Shown: positions 7,904 through 17,371 of the stretch, piece by piece | How the letters are laid out: each line of letters begins with the position of its first letter | Numbering within the stretch: position 1 is the first letter of the stretch | Assembly (NCBI GenBank): GCA_003452395.1 | Contig: DMOI01000014.1 | Location: forward strand, 13,402-77,401 | Direction of reading: 5' to 3' | Length of the DNA stretch: 64,000 nucleotides | Source: Clostridiales bacterium | GTDB lineage: Bacteria; Bacillota; Clostridia; Lachnospirales; UBA12420 | Translations under genes and position numbers: made by a program | The notes under the pieces: generated by a model | What the model saw: the letters and a program-made list of their open reading frames with translations, nothing else | The model's database searches: none | What the model was told of the DNA's origin: nothing

Positions 7904-9105
7904 CTAATATGTACTTGTATTGTCAAATTTCAAATCTTCAATCCATATTTCCTTTAACAATAGGCCTGTCGATGGATTTATTAGTTTCCATTTTTCTCCG
8001 TGAAATATTATTATATCTCCTGAATTTAATTCTTTTAGTATAACATCTTTAACATTTGATTCTTTTTTTACTGATTTAGAGTTTTTAGTTTTCCCATAAG
8101 TATCAATATCATCATTTTCAATCGTATATATTCCTTCTGTTACTTTATTTACAACATTAGTTTCATCTATTTTTAAAGCAGGTCTCACGCCCACGTGGTA
8201 GTAGACAAGTTGTCTATCCAAATTCCCATTGTTATTAATATACCAAATGCATTTTGGTGCACTTGAGCACGGAGTTATAAGCCACCATGGTGTATTATTT
8301 ACACTATTTAAAAATAGCCCAGCCGATTTTGCAGACTCATACTCACTTTTTCTAAGTAACCCTATCTTTGCTTGTGTACTTTTTTCTATTTCGTTAGTGT
8401 CATCTCCTGTATACCATGTACTATCCTTTATTATTAACTTTTCTGCTGGCGTAAATGTATTATAGTACTGGTTATTCAGATAAATGCTATATTGTTAATA
8501 TTACTTGAATTATAAGATTTCCTTTGATTCAGTAGCTCTTTTTTATAGTCATCATCTGCTTTTATACCTATCATGCATAATATACTAATTATTAATGATA
8601 CAGCTAAAATAATATGAGATAGCCTCTTTGAGGTACAAAACAGGTTATACCAAATTATAGGTAACATAAATATGCCTAATATCCCGATACCCATATACCC
8701 TGGCATTAAAACTGCAATTAATCCTATAAGTCCCCAACCACTATTATGCGACAATAAAAATAATACAGAACCTATAATAATTACAATTATACTTATTACC
8801 CAATATTGTCTTAAAAACTTATTAGCTATCACTTTACAAGCTTTATCAGTAATCATAAAAAACATTAAACAAGCTGCAATATTAGAACTTATTAGTATCG
8901 TAGATAACAATATCTGCTTATTGCTCCAATTTGTTCCCTCAAGCATAGTATAGTAATATAGAATACTAGAACCTATTCCTATTAATACTAAAAATAAAGC
9001 TATAATGAAATTATTTTGGTTGTGTATTTCACCATCACAACTGCACATTTGTATTTCTTTTAGTGACTCCTCTGTAACTTTGTTTTTTCTTTTGTTAATT
9101 TCCAT
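7904..9105 (-). pseudogene. frameshifted gene: polytopic membrane N-terminus + WWLxxP...GVRPAL (DUF6273-like) C-terminal domain
   Basis: The frame of ORF 7904-8221 is open up to 8494 with no ATG/GTG/TTG before 8221 (checked codon by codon). It encodes ...NNTPWWLITPCSSAPKCIWYINNNGNLDRQLVYYHVGVRPALKID. The upstream membrane ORF 8476-9105 ends in another frame, overlapping it. Confidence 0.5.
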
Positions 9106-9140
9106 AACACCAACTCTCCTTTGTAATCATTTAACTTTTT

Positions 9141-9600
9141 AAGGTCTCCATGCTTGGCACACTCACCCGCCGCTCACCACCAGTGAAACTGGTGGGTTGA
9201 TATGAGCACCTATAAGGCGCACCCTCATTTCGCTAAAGCGAGTATTATTATTTTGCGGCAGCATAGGTTTTATTCTACCATTTCTTCTGCTCGCTGTTCT
9301 CTTATATATTTTTTGATTGTTTCTTCGTCAGCTCCTACTGTTGTTACAAAATAACCTCTTGCCCAGAATATTTTGGATTTGCTGTATTTCCATTATTGTT
9401 TGTTTTCGATATTTTGGTATAAATACTACATGGTACTTGCATTCCCACTTCGCGTGTGATAAACTATTAATCACAAACATCACTCCTTTTTTGGTATTTT
9501 CCATAGCTGCCGCTATTAGATTATACCAATTTCCGTGATGTTTGTCTTTAGTTGTCGAAAAACTTTCTGTATAACACTGTCCACGCATCCAAGCTTAGCT
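9141..9600 (-). mobile_element. IS200/IS605-family remnant
   Basis: tnpA fragments plus a GC-rich end with the hairpin ccaccag-tgaaa-ctggtgg (9175-9193). Confidence 0.6.
9270..9480 (-). pseudogene. tnpA: Y1 transposase TnpA with internal deletion and frameshift
   Basis: The N-terminal piece SLSHAKWECKYHVVFIPKYRKQ is joined out of frame to the C-terminal piece FWARGYFVTTVGADEETIKKYIREQRAEEMVE* (own translation). The ~80 central residues of the family are missing. Confidence 0.65.
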
Positions 9601-9758
9601 TGGAGGTAACTTCAATTCACTTTCAAGTGCTTCCTGAATATTAATGCTTATAGTTTTATAGTGCTTTTTTGCACTTTCAAAACATTGATTAATTTTAATC
9701 AATAATTCTCTTGATATCATTCAATCACCCCAGTAAAGTTAATCTGTATCTTTAGTAT

Positions 9759-10739
9759 TTAACTTTGTAATAATCTCAAGAATTCGTTTTCATCTATAAT
9801 TTGCAACTCACTTCCTGATGCAATTAACTGCTTTGCTTTTTTAGTTTTACTACTTTCTTTCCCGTCAGCAAACTTTGAGTAATCCTGCATCCCCATGACT
9901 AGATAATTCACATCACTAGTCATTGAATCTCCTATCAGACCACCAACATTCACTACTTTTTGCATTGCTTCTTTTCTTTCCATGCTAGATAGTGTTCCTG
10001 TAAATACTACTTTTCTATTATAAAATTCATGTTCAGGATCAAAATTATACGTCTCCGCTTTTATCCCTTTAACATCTATTCCATGCTTATCTTTTGCAAC
10101 ACTGCAAGGGGTATATCCTGCTGCAAATAACCTACCTATTTTTAATCCTACACAGTTAGAAAGTTCTGTTATCGAATTCACATTCTTCTCTTTCATACAG
10201 TGAATAAGAACATTTCCGCAGGCTTTTGCATCCTCTTCTGCATTATGATGCGAAAATTCAAAGTTTAAATGTTTACTTACCGTATCCAACTTATAATTCT
10301 CTAATCCTATCCAAAACTTTGTTGCTAACTTATATGTACATACATAATCTATTTCAGGGTACTTAATATCATATAAATCTAAAACATGCCTCAGTGCTGA
10401 CATATCAAAAGCAGCATTATGGGCTACTAAAACTGAGTCAGCTAACAACTCCTTGATTTGGCTATAAACATCTTTAAAATTCGGAGCATCTTTTATATCC
10501 TTTTCTGTAATACCATGAATCATCACATTAAACGGATCAAAGTAACTATAGTCCCTATGTGGCTTCACTAGCCAACTTTTAGTTTCTAATATTTTGTCAT
10601 CTTCAATAATTGCCAACCCTACAGAACATATACTGCCAATAAAACTATTAGCTGTTTCAAAATCAATACATACAAACTTCACACTACCACTCCTTAGCCT
10701 TTTAATTATTATATTACTACTTTTTCTAATCTTTTTCAA
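9759..10739 (-). CDS. DEDDh 3'-5' exonuclease (DnaQ-like) with C-terminal BRCT domain
   Basis: Exo motifs CIDFETAN, AHNAAFDMSAL and HHNAEEDA. C-terminal KVVFTGTLSSMERKEAMQKVVNVGG...YLVMG is BRCT-like. Confidence 0.7.
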   Translation of the reverse strand: MKKIRKSSNIIIKRLRSGSVKFVCIDFETANSFIGSICSVGLAIIEDDKILETKSWLVKPHRDYSYFDPFNVMIHGITEKDIKDAPNFKDVYSQIKELLADSVLVAHNAAFDMSALRHVLDLYDIKYPEIDYVCTYKLATKFWIGLENYKLDTVSKHLNFEFSHHNAEEDAKACGNVLIHCMKEKNVNSITELSNCVGLKIGRLFAAGYTPCSVAKDKHGIDVKGIKAETYNFDPEHEFYNRKVVFTGTLSSMERKEAMQKVVNVGGLIGDSMTSDVNYLVMGMQDYSKFADGKESSKTKKAKQLIASGSELQIIDENEFLRLLQS

Positions 10740-10766
10740 CTAATTTATTTATTTATTCTTTACTGC

Positions 10767-10791
10767 AAAATAAAAGCACTCGTTTGAGTGC
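10767..10791 (-). terminator. rho-independent terminator after the 343-aa gene
   Basis: gcactc-gttt-gagtgc hairpin followed by TTTTATTTT on the minus strand. Confidence 0.45.
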
Positions 10792-10813
10792 CTATTAAAA
10801 TCATCCTATATTC

Positions 10814-11845
10814 TTACATACCCATTTCATATTCATTTTCTTCCTCTTGTTCTTGAACATTTTCCACTATCTGCTTTTTCGTTTCTTTCACTTCTTTTTT
10901 TGAATACCCAAATGGTGTCATTTCATTTTTCTGTTCAAATTCCCCAAATGCTAATGTATCTGCCATACCTCTTATCATATCCATAGATGTTAATCTATCA
11001 GTTTCAGCTACCTTACAAATATCATTAGGATTAAATACTAAATCTCCAACATTTTGCTGTATATTGAATAAAGTACCATTTGCATACGACCATTCACTTT
11101 CAGCCGCTCCTTCAATTCCTACACCATTAATTTGGTCTATCATGCTGCCTATTTTCCCAATCTGTTCAACTGGAATATCAGATTTCAACTCGCTATCAGC
11201 CGAAGAAATTGTACCTAAAACTGCTCCTGTCTTAGTCCCTATATCTATATCGCATCTTATTTGGTCTGGATTATTTTTATTATATGTAGCTTCTACTTTA
11301 TAATGTTGACCCTTATGTTCTACTACTCTTGTTTCAACAACTGTTCCGTCAGACTTACTATCAACAGTGAACAACATACTCTTTTGGTTTTCACCTATTC
11401 CTGTTTTAGCAAATAACTTCTCAAATCTAGAACCATCTTCATAGTTTTTCATACTATATCTACATGTATTTGTTCCATGATTTCCGAAATATATGATTCC
11501 ATTTGGGTCTGTCTGTATTTTTGCTTTTCCTTTTTCACTATCAACTGACAATTCGCTCTTTGTAATTTTACCATCATAATCAGTCGCTACTACCAAATTT
11601 TGTCTTGAGTCTCTTAAGTGTGGTTGTGTTGATTCTAATTGATATTGATTATCTTTTTGTTGTATATGATATTCTATTCCTTCTGCTATATCTTTAACAT
11701 CAATGTCTACTCTTTCATCCAAATTAGTATCTGACAATCCAAGACCACATACTTGATTTTCTACATTAACTAAATCTACATAATTACCCTTAGTATTAAC
11801 TATTTTTACACTACTGCTCCCTCTATCTGTATAAATTAATGCCAT
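10814..11845 (-). CDS. hypothetical protein, 343 aa, acidic C-terminus
   Basis: ORF track. Strong SD (AAAGGGGGAG) and a consensus promoter upstream. No motif recognised. Confidence 0.6.
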   Translation of the reverse strand: MALIYTDRGSSSVKIVNTKGNYVDLVNVENQVCGLGLSDTNLDERVDIDVKDIAEGIEYHIQQKDNQYQLESTQPHLRDSRQNLVVATDYDGKITKSELSVDSEKGKAKIQTDPNGIIYFGNHGTNTCRYSMKNYEDGSRFEKLFAKTGIGENQKSMLFTVDSKSDGTVVETRVVEHKGQHYKVEATYNKNNPDQIRCDIDIGTKTGAVLGTISSADSELKSDIPVEQIGKIGSMIDQINGVGIEGAAESEWSYANGTLFNIQQNVGDLVFNPNDICKVAETDRLTSMDMIRGMADTLAFGEFEQKNEMTPFGYSKKEVKETKKQIVENVQEQEEENEYEMGM

Positions 11846-11879
11846 CTCAAACTCCCCCTTTATCTTTTGCTATGAATAA

Positions 11880-11908
11880 ATTATATCCCATATTTTTACA
11901 TTTGTCAA
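11880..11908 (-). promoter_or_regulatory. consensus sigma-A promoter TTGACA-17-TATAAT
   Basis: Minus strand caTTGACAaatgtaaaaatatgggaTATAATtt. The spacer was counted as 17 nt. It lies ~35 nt upstream of the start at 11845. Confidence 0.6.
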
Positions 11909-12040
11909 TGGTTTGGAGAAAATTAATGGTATAAATTGTAATATTTTGAAGGCTTTTTAGTTATTAATTATATCACTAGAATACATAAAGTAAGCTCACT
12001 AATTCGTTTATTTCTCTTGCGGCATATCTATTTACATTAC

Positions 12041-12577
12041 CTATTTATTTCTTGTCAGCAACTCTAGTAACTCTTCAATCGAATCTGCCAGTACTCCATT
12101 TGGGTCTTTATTCAAATCACCGAATTGACCATACTCAAAATCAATCCATTCAATCTCTCCAGTATCGTTATTAAAAACTAAAATCATGTCTCCTCTTGTA
12201 TCTTCAATAGTTCCTAACTCTATTCTCTTACCAAAATCTATTCCACCTGTCCATGATGATAACCTTGTATGTACAATCTTACTTATATCGTCATCTACTT
12301 TAATACCTAATAATGTTATAAGAATTTCCTCATTCTGCCCTTCATAGTCAAACCAATTTCCCCACTTTTCAGTTAGTTTTATTTGACTCGGATGCAAAAT
12401 TCCGTCAATTTGATTAAAACAAAAACTATTCCAAAATTCCTTTAAGTTCCTATGTAATTCAAATCCTATCGATTCTTCAACATTTTTAAATTCAATTTGA
12501 GCTGGTTCTTTTGACCCTATAAATTCCCTAACAAATTCTTTAATTTTCATATCCTTTGTCTCCCTATTCTTCTCCAT
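12041..12577 (-). CDS. SMI1/KNR4 (SUKH-1) family protein
   Basis: 178 aa. The LKEFWNSFCFNQIDG region and overall layout are as remembered for SMI1_KNR4 immunity-type proteins. Confidence 0.5.
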   Translation of the reverse strand: MEKNRETKDMKIKEFVREFIGSKEPAQIEFKNVEESIGFELHRNLKEFWNSFCFNQIDGILHPSQIKLTEKWGNWFDYEGQNEEILITLLGIKVDDDISKIVHTRLSSWTGGIDFGKRIELGTIEDTRGDMILVFNNDTGEIEWIDFEYGQFGDLNKDPNGVLADSIEELLELLTRNK

Positions 12578-12586
12578 GGTACTAAA

Positions 12587-13396
12587 TTATGAATTATTCT
12601 TTAGTTGTTCTTCTTTTCTATAAACTGCCATTCGAAGCAATGGCATCAAAGTTTTGCTCTCATCATATCTAGTACTATCTTCCTTATACTTTAAATATTC
12701 TTCATAAGAAACTGAATTTAGTTCTTCTACTGAATATATATTGTAAAAATATTTTTTAGGCATAACGAGATTGCCAGTAAAGTCAATTACATTCTCACTA
12801 TTATCTATACAAAAAGAATGATAATACTTTTGACCTAAATCTTTCATACATATCGATGTAATTGCATGATATTCTTTACTATTTTCAATTAAAAACAATG
12901 CACTTTCATGGCACCTTTCTTCGATATACTCTTTCTGTAAAAAAGTTTTTATCTTCTCCTCATTAAACTTTTCCGAGGCTTTACTAAAAGTAATTGTCCC
13001 AAACAAATGTGAATCTATTATAAAATTTCCATTGTCAGCTTTAGATACTGATTTGATAACTTCTCCTTTTATTAATGCATCTATAATAACATTAACATTT
13101 GATTTTTCTCTTGTTATTACCAAAACAAGAGAATTTAGCATTTCTTTATGATATGTTTCTATTTGTATATTGGAGTGCTCTAATGCGCTCATTAATAAAT
13201 CTTTATAATATACTAGCAGCCAAACCTTTAAGCTTTTAAAAAGTTCTCTTGGATTATTTTTGTTATACTTTACATATAAATCAGTTTTCATTTCTTCATT
13301 TAAAAAATCAATTATTTTCTTAGCATTTGATTCAGATTCTATTATCCATGATTTTTCAGATAATTCAATATATTCCGATAACTTTATTTCACCCAT
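12587..13396 (-). CDS. hypothetical protein, 269 aa
   Basis: ORF track. 9-nt gap to the SUKH gene. Confidence 0.5.
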   Translation of the reverse strand: MGEIKLSEYIELSEKSWIIESESNAKKIIDFLNEEMKTDLYVKYNKNNPRELFKSLKVWLLVYYKDLLMSALEHSNIQIETYHKEMLNSLVLVITREKSNVNVIIDALIKGEVIKSVSKADNGNFIIDSHLFGTITFSKASEKFNEEKIKTFLQKEYIEERCHESALFLIENSKEYHAITSICMKDLGQKYYHSFCIDNSENVIDFTGNLVMPKKYFYNIYSVEELNSVSYEEYLKYKEDSTRYDESKTLMPLLRMAVYRKEEQLKNNS

Positions 13397-13410
13397 ACTA
13401 ATCCCCTCTT

Positions 13411-13860
13411 TTATGTAGCCTTAAAATTCTTCATATATTCTTCTATCATTTCTAGAAGCTCTAATCCTGTCCAGTGTATATTAAGCATCTTTGCATTCTT
13501 TATACTGACTAACTCCAGTTTGCTTTCCTTTCCCGTATCGTATTCTTTTTCTGTTAAAACAAATTTATTCAGCTTATCACCAAGATTAGCAACGTACATA
13601 TGCGCATCTACTTCCCAAGTTTCACCTTTTTTATCAAATACAAAGTTTTTATGTCCAATTAAGTCATACTCTCCTTGTTTCAAGTCATAGCAAAGTTCCT
13701 CTTTTACTTCTCTTACAACAGCTTCATCTGGTGTCTCTCCTTTTTCAATACCGCCCCCAATATAACTGTATTCGTTAGTATATCCGTCTGGTCTATGCAA
13801 CAATAAAATTTTATCTCCTTCATAAAATACAATATACGATCCTGGTCTCTTTTTCATCAC
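13411..13860 (-). CDS. Nudix hydrolase
   Basis: Nudix box GGGIEKGETPDEAVVREVKEELCY. Confidence 0.75.
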   Translation of the reverse strand: MMKKRPGSYIVFYEGDKILLLHRPDGYTNEYSYIGGGIEKGETPDEAVVREVKEELCYDLKQGEYDLIGHKNFVFDKKGETWEVDAHMYVANLGDKLNKFVLTEKEYDTGKESKLELVSIKNAKMLNIHWTGLELLEMIEEYMKNFKAT

Positions 13861-14446
13861 TTCATCCCCTGTTCTAAGTTAATATGTTCTAGTGAATACA
13901 ACTTTTCATCTTCAAATACCAATTTCCACATATCAGGTGTCTTCATTTTCCCTCTATCTTCAAATCTATAATCTGGATCAAAATATCTGAACAGTGTGGA
14001 GATAGCTGTACCATGACTTGATACAATAATTATTTTACCTCTATGATTGCCGATAATACTATTAATTGCCGTAACCATTCGGTCTTGCGTTTCTCTTAGC
14101 GAGTCTCCACATTCATACTTGTAGTCCATATCTTGTCCTTGCTTCGAATCGTATTCTTTATCATCATCAGGTCTATTACCAACCAATCGTTCTCGTAAGT
14201 TTTCGTCAAAATTACTTTTAAATTATGCTTTTCGACTATGTGCTTAACTGTTTCAATAGTTCGCATATAGGGGCTAGAGTATACACATTCTGCTTACTCA
14301 AATTCTTTTCTTTCTGCCAACTTCATCGCAAGTAACGTTCCTTCTGTGCTAAGTGGCATATATGAATCGTCTTGCTTTGACACTCCATCCCTAGACCATT
14401 CCCACATTCTTTTTGAATGTCTAATTAAATAAATTGTTGTTTGCAT
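13857..14446 (-). pseudogene. histidine phosphatase (phosphoglycerate-mutase family) broken by at least two frameshifts
   Basis: Three pieces in three frames: MQTTIYLIRHSKR...KEFE*, then ..VYSSPYMRTIETVKHIVEKHNLKV.., then FDENLRERLVGNRPDD...VSSHGTAISTLF. SD AGGAG precedes ATG 14444-14446. Confidence 0.6.
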
Positions 14447-14480
14447 ATCATTTCTCCTGCTTGTTTTTTAAACAGTAGCA

Positions 14481-15590
14481 GGGTCAGGTTTGATTTATTC
14501 ACTTACTCTATCTTCCAATTACCTCGTCCATATAAACCGTCATCATAATCTCTCCTGCTCTTATCTTAAAGAAGTAACAACAAATGGTGTCAGGTTTATT
14601 TAACAAATGGTAACAAATGGTGTCGGTTTATTTTATTCACTTATTCCACCTTCCTATTACTTCATCCATATAAACCGTCATCATAATTTCTCCTGCTCTT
14701 ATCTTAGATATCCTAGATATCGGGATGTTTAATTTATTTGCGAGTTCTGTACTAGAAGTTTTACAGTTTTTTTCAGCTAATATAACTATTACTTTTCTTA
14801 TATCAGATATTTTTTGCTTTTTTGTTTTTTCTCTTATTTGTTCAAATGTTACTTTTTCTTGTTCTAATATTTCTTCTATTAGTTTATCTAATCCTATATA
14901 CTTTGTCTTATCTATGTTCCCTTTTTGTGCTTCTGTAACCTCGTATTCTACTTGTTCTATGTCTCCATCTTCTTCTTTCATATATATATTGTATTCTCCT
15001 ATTGCTTTAGACTTATTATTCGATAATATTTTCAGTACAAAATCGGTATCAACTAAACCATTCTTTCCATTTGCATATTCTTTATAACTACTCCATTCGT
15101 AATTTACATCTTCCGTCATATGTGCTTTTACTGGATTCATATGTATGTATTTTGTTAAGTGCAATAAATATCCATCTTTATTACACACAACTGCTTTATA
15201 TCTTTGCTGAAATACATGTCCTGTTCTTTTGTTTTTTCTATTATATATTTGTGTATAAACAAGTTGTATGCCTTGCATTATCTTGTTTAATGGAACTTTT
15301 TCAACTTCTACCAACATATGTATGTGGTTATCCATTATACAATATGCATATAGCTTGAACCCATATCTTTCTTTATATCTCTGAATTAGTTCTATATATT
15401 TTGTTTTATCTTCGTCGTTTTTTAATATATATTCACCATTATTTCCTCTGGCTATTACATGGTACAATGCACCATCATAATGTATCCTTTGCTTTCTTGG
15501 CATTTTTATCACCTCGAAAACATTTTAACATATATTTTATGATGTTTCAATAGATTTTAATATAATATATGAATAAATCAAACCTGACCC
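14481..15590. mobile_element. RAYT-like unit bounded by 21-bp perfect inverted repeats
   Basis: gggtcaggtttgatttattca (14481-14501) is the exact reverse complement of 15570-15590. Degenerate extra copies at 14585-14605 and 14616-14640. Confidence 0.6.
14637..15503 (-). CDS. Y1 (IS200-like / REP-associated RAYT-type) transposase with C-terminal DnaA-C-like HTH
   Basis: MPRKQRIHYDGALYHVIARGNNGEYIL...YAYCIMDNHIHMLVE. C-terminal ISDIRKVIVILAEKNCKTSSTELANKLNIPISRISKI. Start moved to ATG 15503 (SD GAGGTG). Confidence 0.65.
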   Translation of the reverse strand: MPRKQRIHYDGALYHVIARGNNGEYILKNDEDKTKYIELIQRYKERYGFKLYAYCIMDNHIHMLVEVEKVPLNKIMQGIQLVYTQIYNRKNKRTGHVFQQRYKAVVCNKDGYLLHLTKYIHMNPVKAHMTEDVNYEWSSYKEYANGKNGLVDTDFVLKILSNNKSKAIGEYNIYMKEEDGDIEQVEYEVTEAQKGNIDKTKYIGLDKLIEEILEQEKVTFEQIREKTKKQKISDIRKVIVILAEKNCKTSSTELANKLNIPISRISKIRAGEIMMTVYMDEVIGRWNK

Positions 15591-15594
15591 CACT

Positions 15595-16020
15595 CTACTT
15601 TTTACTCTTTATTATTTCTTTTTCAATTGCAAGTTGAACTGTTTTACCAATTAGTAAGTCAAGTAATTCTAAATCCTTTAGACGAAGTTTTCTAAACTTT
15701 GTTAATGAACTTGCATTTATTACGTCTGCTTCTGGTGCAATATCAAGAAAGTATTTAAATGACATATCATATCTTGAACGCTCAACTACATCAATATCCG
15801 ATAGCAAATGAATCACTTTTAGTAACAGATATTTAAACATTTGGATTGGATCAATTGCAGTTCGCCCGTTAACCATTGAATATTTATCTTTTAGCTCTTT
15901 ATAAATAAAACTGAAGTTTATTAATTCTTTGATTTTTCTCAATATATTATCTTTTGGTACTACTATATCATAAATGTTTGTATATTCGCTTATATTCAAG
16001 CTTTGTTGTGCGTTCAACAT
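15595..16020 (-). pseudogene. IS1182/IS5-type transposase, N-terminal (DUF772) fragment
   Basis: NGRTAIDPIQMFKYLLLKVIHLLSDIDVVERSRYDMSFKYFLD. The reading frame ends 4 nt from the RAYT-unit inverted repeat. Confidence 0.6.
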
Positions 16021-16147
16021 ATAATCACCCTTTGTTTTCTAGTATGTCTAATTATACCAAAAAAACTTAATTTATAATATAGTTTTTTGCATTTATTCAT
16101 ATTTTATGCTGACTTTTTCAGTGGCCTCGATACGTCCCCGATTCGCA

Positions 16148-16164
16148 GTCTCTGTATGCATCGT
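16148..16164. repeat. degenerate att core copy (14 of 17 positions)
   Basis: gtctctgtatgcatcgt versus gtctccacatgcatcgt. Followed by an arm homologous to 7198-7355 and 17509-17640. Confidence 0.5.
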
Positions 16165-16424
16165 ACTAATCTTCCGTTTGTTTTCCTATATCTCACAATG
16201 TCACACAGTGTCTCACAGTCCTTTGACTTCTAAGTGGATGGGGATACTGTTTATTTTTTTGTATCTCAGTGTATCTCAGAATGTTGTGGTGTGTTTTACT
16301 CACGGTTATCATAGTTTTGCGGGGTAGGTTTGTCAAAGCGGTTATCATTTGGTTATCAATCTTTTTAAGATATCATTTATTAATCTCTTTCTACATATAT
16401 TAAATTGTAACTTTATTTTTAAAT

Positions 16425-17207
16425 CTAACTCTTTCCAAAATACTTAGTAAACCATTGTTCACTCATATTTATTAAAATATCATAATAATGTTCTTGAAAA
16501 CTATGCGTTGCACCATCAATAACTTCAATTCTTGACTCGGTAGATAAATATTTAACTGCATTCTTTGAATTCTTCAAAAGTAGCCTTTCTTCTTCATCGT
16601 TATTACCATGAATTATTAAAACTGGGCATGCTACATTTCTTAACATTTCTTCTGAATTAACCTGCTCAAAATCCAAAAGTGTTTGAGCAGTAATTTTTAT
16701 ATATTGCCTCCAGTTAGATGCAGCTTCATATAAAGTATATCCTTTATCTCTTAATTCGCTCATTTGTTGTTCTGAAAGATATTGGTTCCAATCGTAATAC
16801 ACAGGAGCAGTACAAGCACCAGATAATACCATTGTTATAATATCATTAGAATAACAATTTAAACAAATCAAAGTTCCAAGACTATGACCATAAAAAGCAA
16901 GTTTTTCATAACCTAAGGATCTAACATGATCAATAGCGTTTTTTAAATCATCAATTTGATTACTAACAGTTATAACTTCATCTTCACTTTCACCACATCC
17001 GCTAAAATCAAAAGCCAATACATCAATTTCTAATTCATTTAATTTTTTTGCCATTTTTTCAAATCTTCCACTTGAATGTTTATCGGAAGTAAATCCATGA
17101 CACATAATCACAATAACTTTAGAATTACATGTATATAAGTTTCCGATTAAATCTAAGTTTCCGATTAAATCTAAGTTTCTAGAATTTTTAAATATAACTC
17201 TTTTCAT
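16425..17207 (-). CDS. alpha/beta hydrolase
   Basis: Nucleophile elbow GHSLG. HG oxyanion region MCHGFTSD. Contains an in-frame 18-bp tandem duplication (NLDLIGNLDLIG). Confidence 0.7.
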   Translation of the reverse strand: MKRVIFKNSRNLDLIGNLDLIGNLYTCNSKVIVIMCHGFTSDKHSSGRFEKMAKKLNELEIDVLAFDFSGCGESEDEVITVSNQIDDLKNAIDHVRSLGYEKLAFYGHSLGTLICLNCYSNDIITMVLSGACTAPVYYDWNQYLSEQQMSELRDKGYTLYEAASNWRQYIKITAQTLLDFEQVNSEEMLRNVACPVLIIHGNNDEEERLLLKNSKNAVKYLSTESRIEVIDGATHSFQEHYYDILINMSEQWFTKYFGKS

Positions 17208-17371
17208 AATGTATGCCCCCTAATTTTATTTAATCTCCACATCTGACACAATCAGAAACTATATCATATTGTGTTGCACAATGTATTACTGTGTTTCCTG
17301 AAGTTTGTAATATATATCCTTTTTATGTAAAACCCTTTATCTACAGGATTTATATGCATTTTGATAACCGC

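Larger units (their letters stand above)
7198..17371. mobile_element. array of decayed integrative elements without an integrase, between the two 137-bp repeats
   Basis: Bounded by direct repeats. Internal degenerate core (16148-16164) and att-arm homologues (7198-7355, 7763-7902, 16165-16359, 17296-17371). Contains IS remnants and pseudogenes. Confidence 0.55.

Noticed and set aside
9328-9588. 86-aa ORF from the track taken as an intact gene.
   Set aside because: It is a read-through of the IS200 5' region plus the tnpA N-terminus into a frameshifted deletion junction, so it is called a pseudogene instead.
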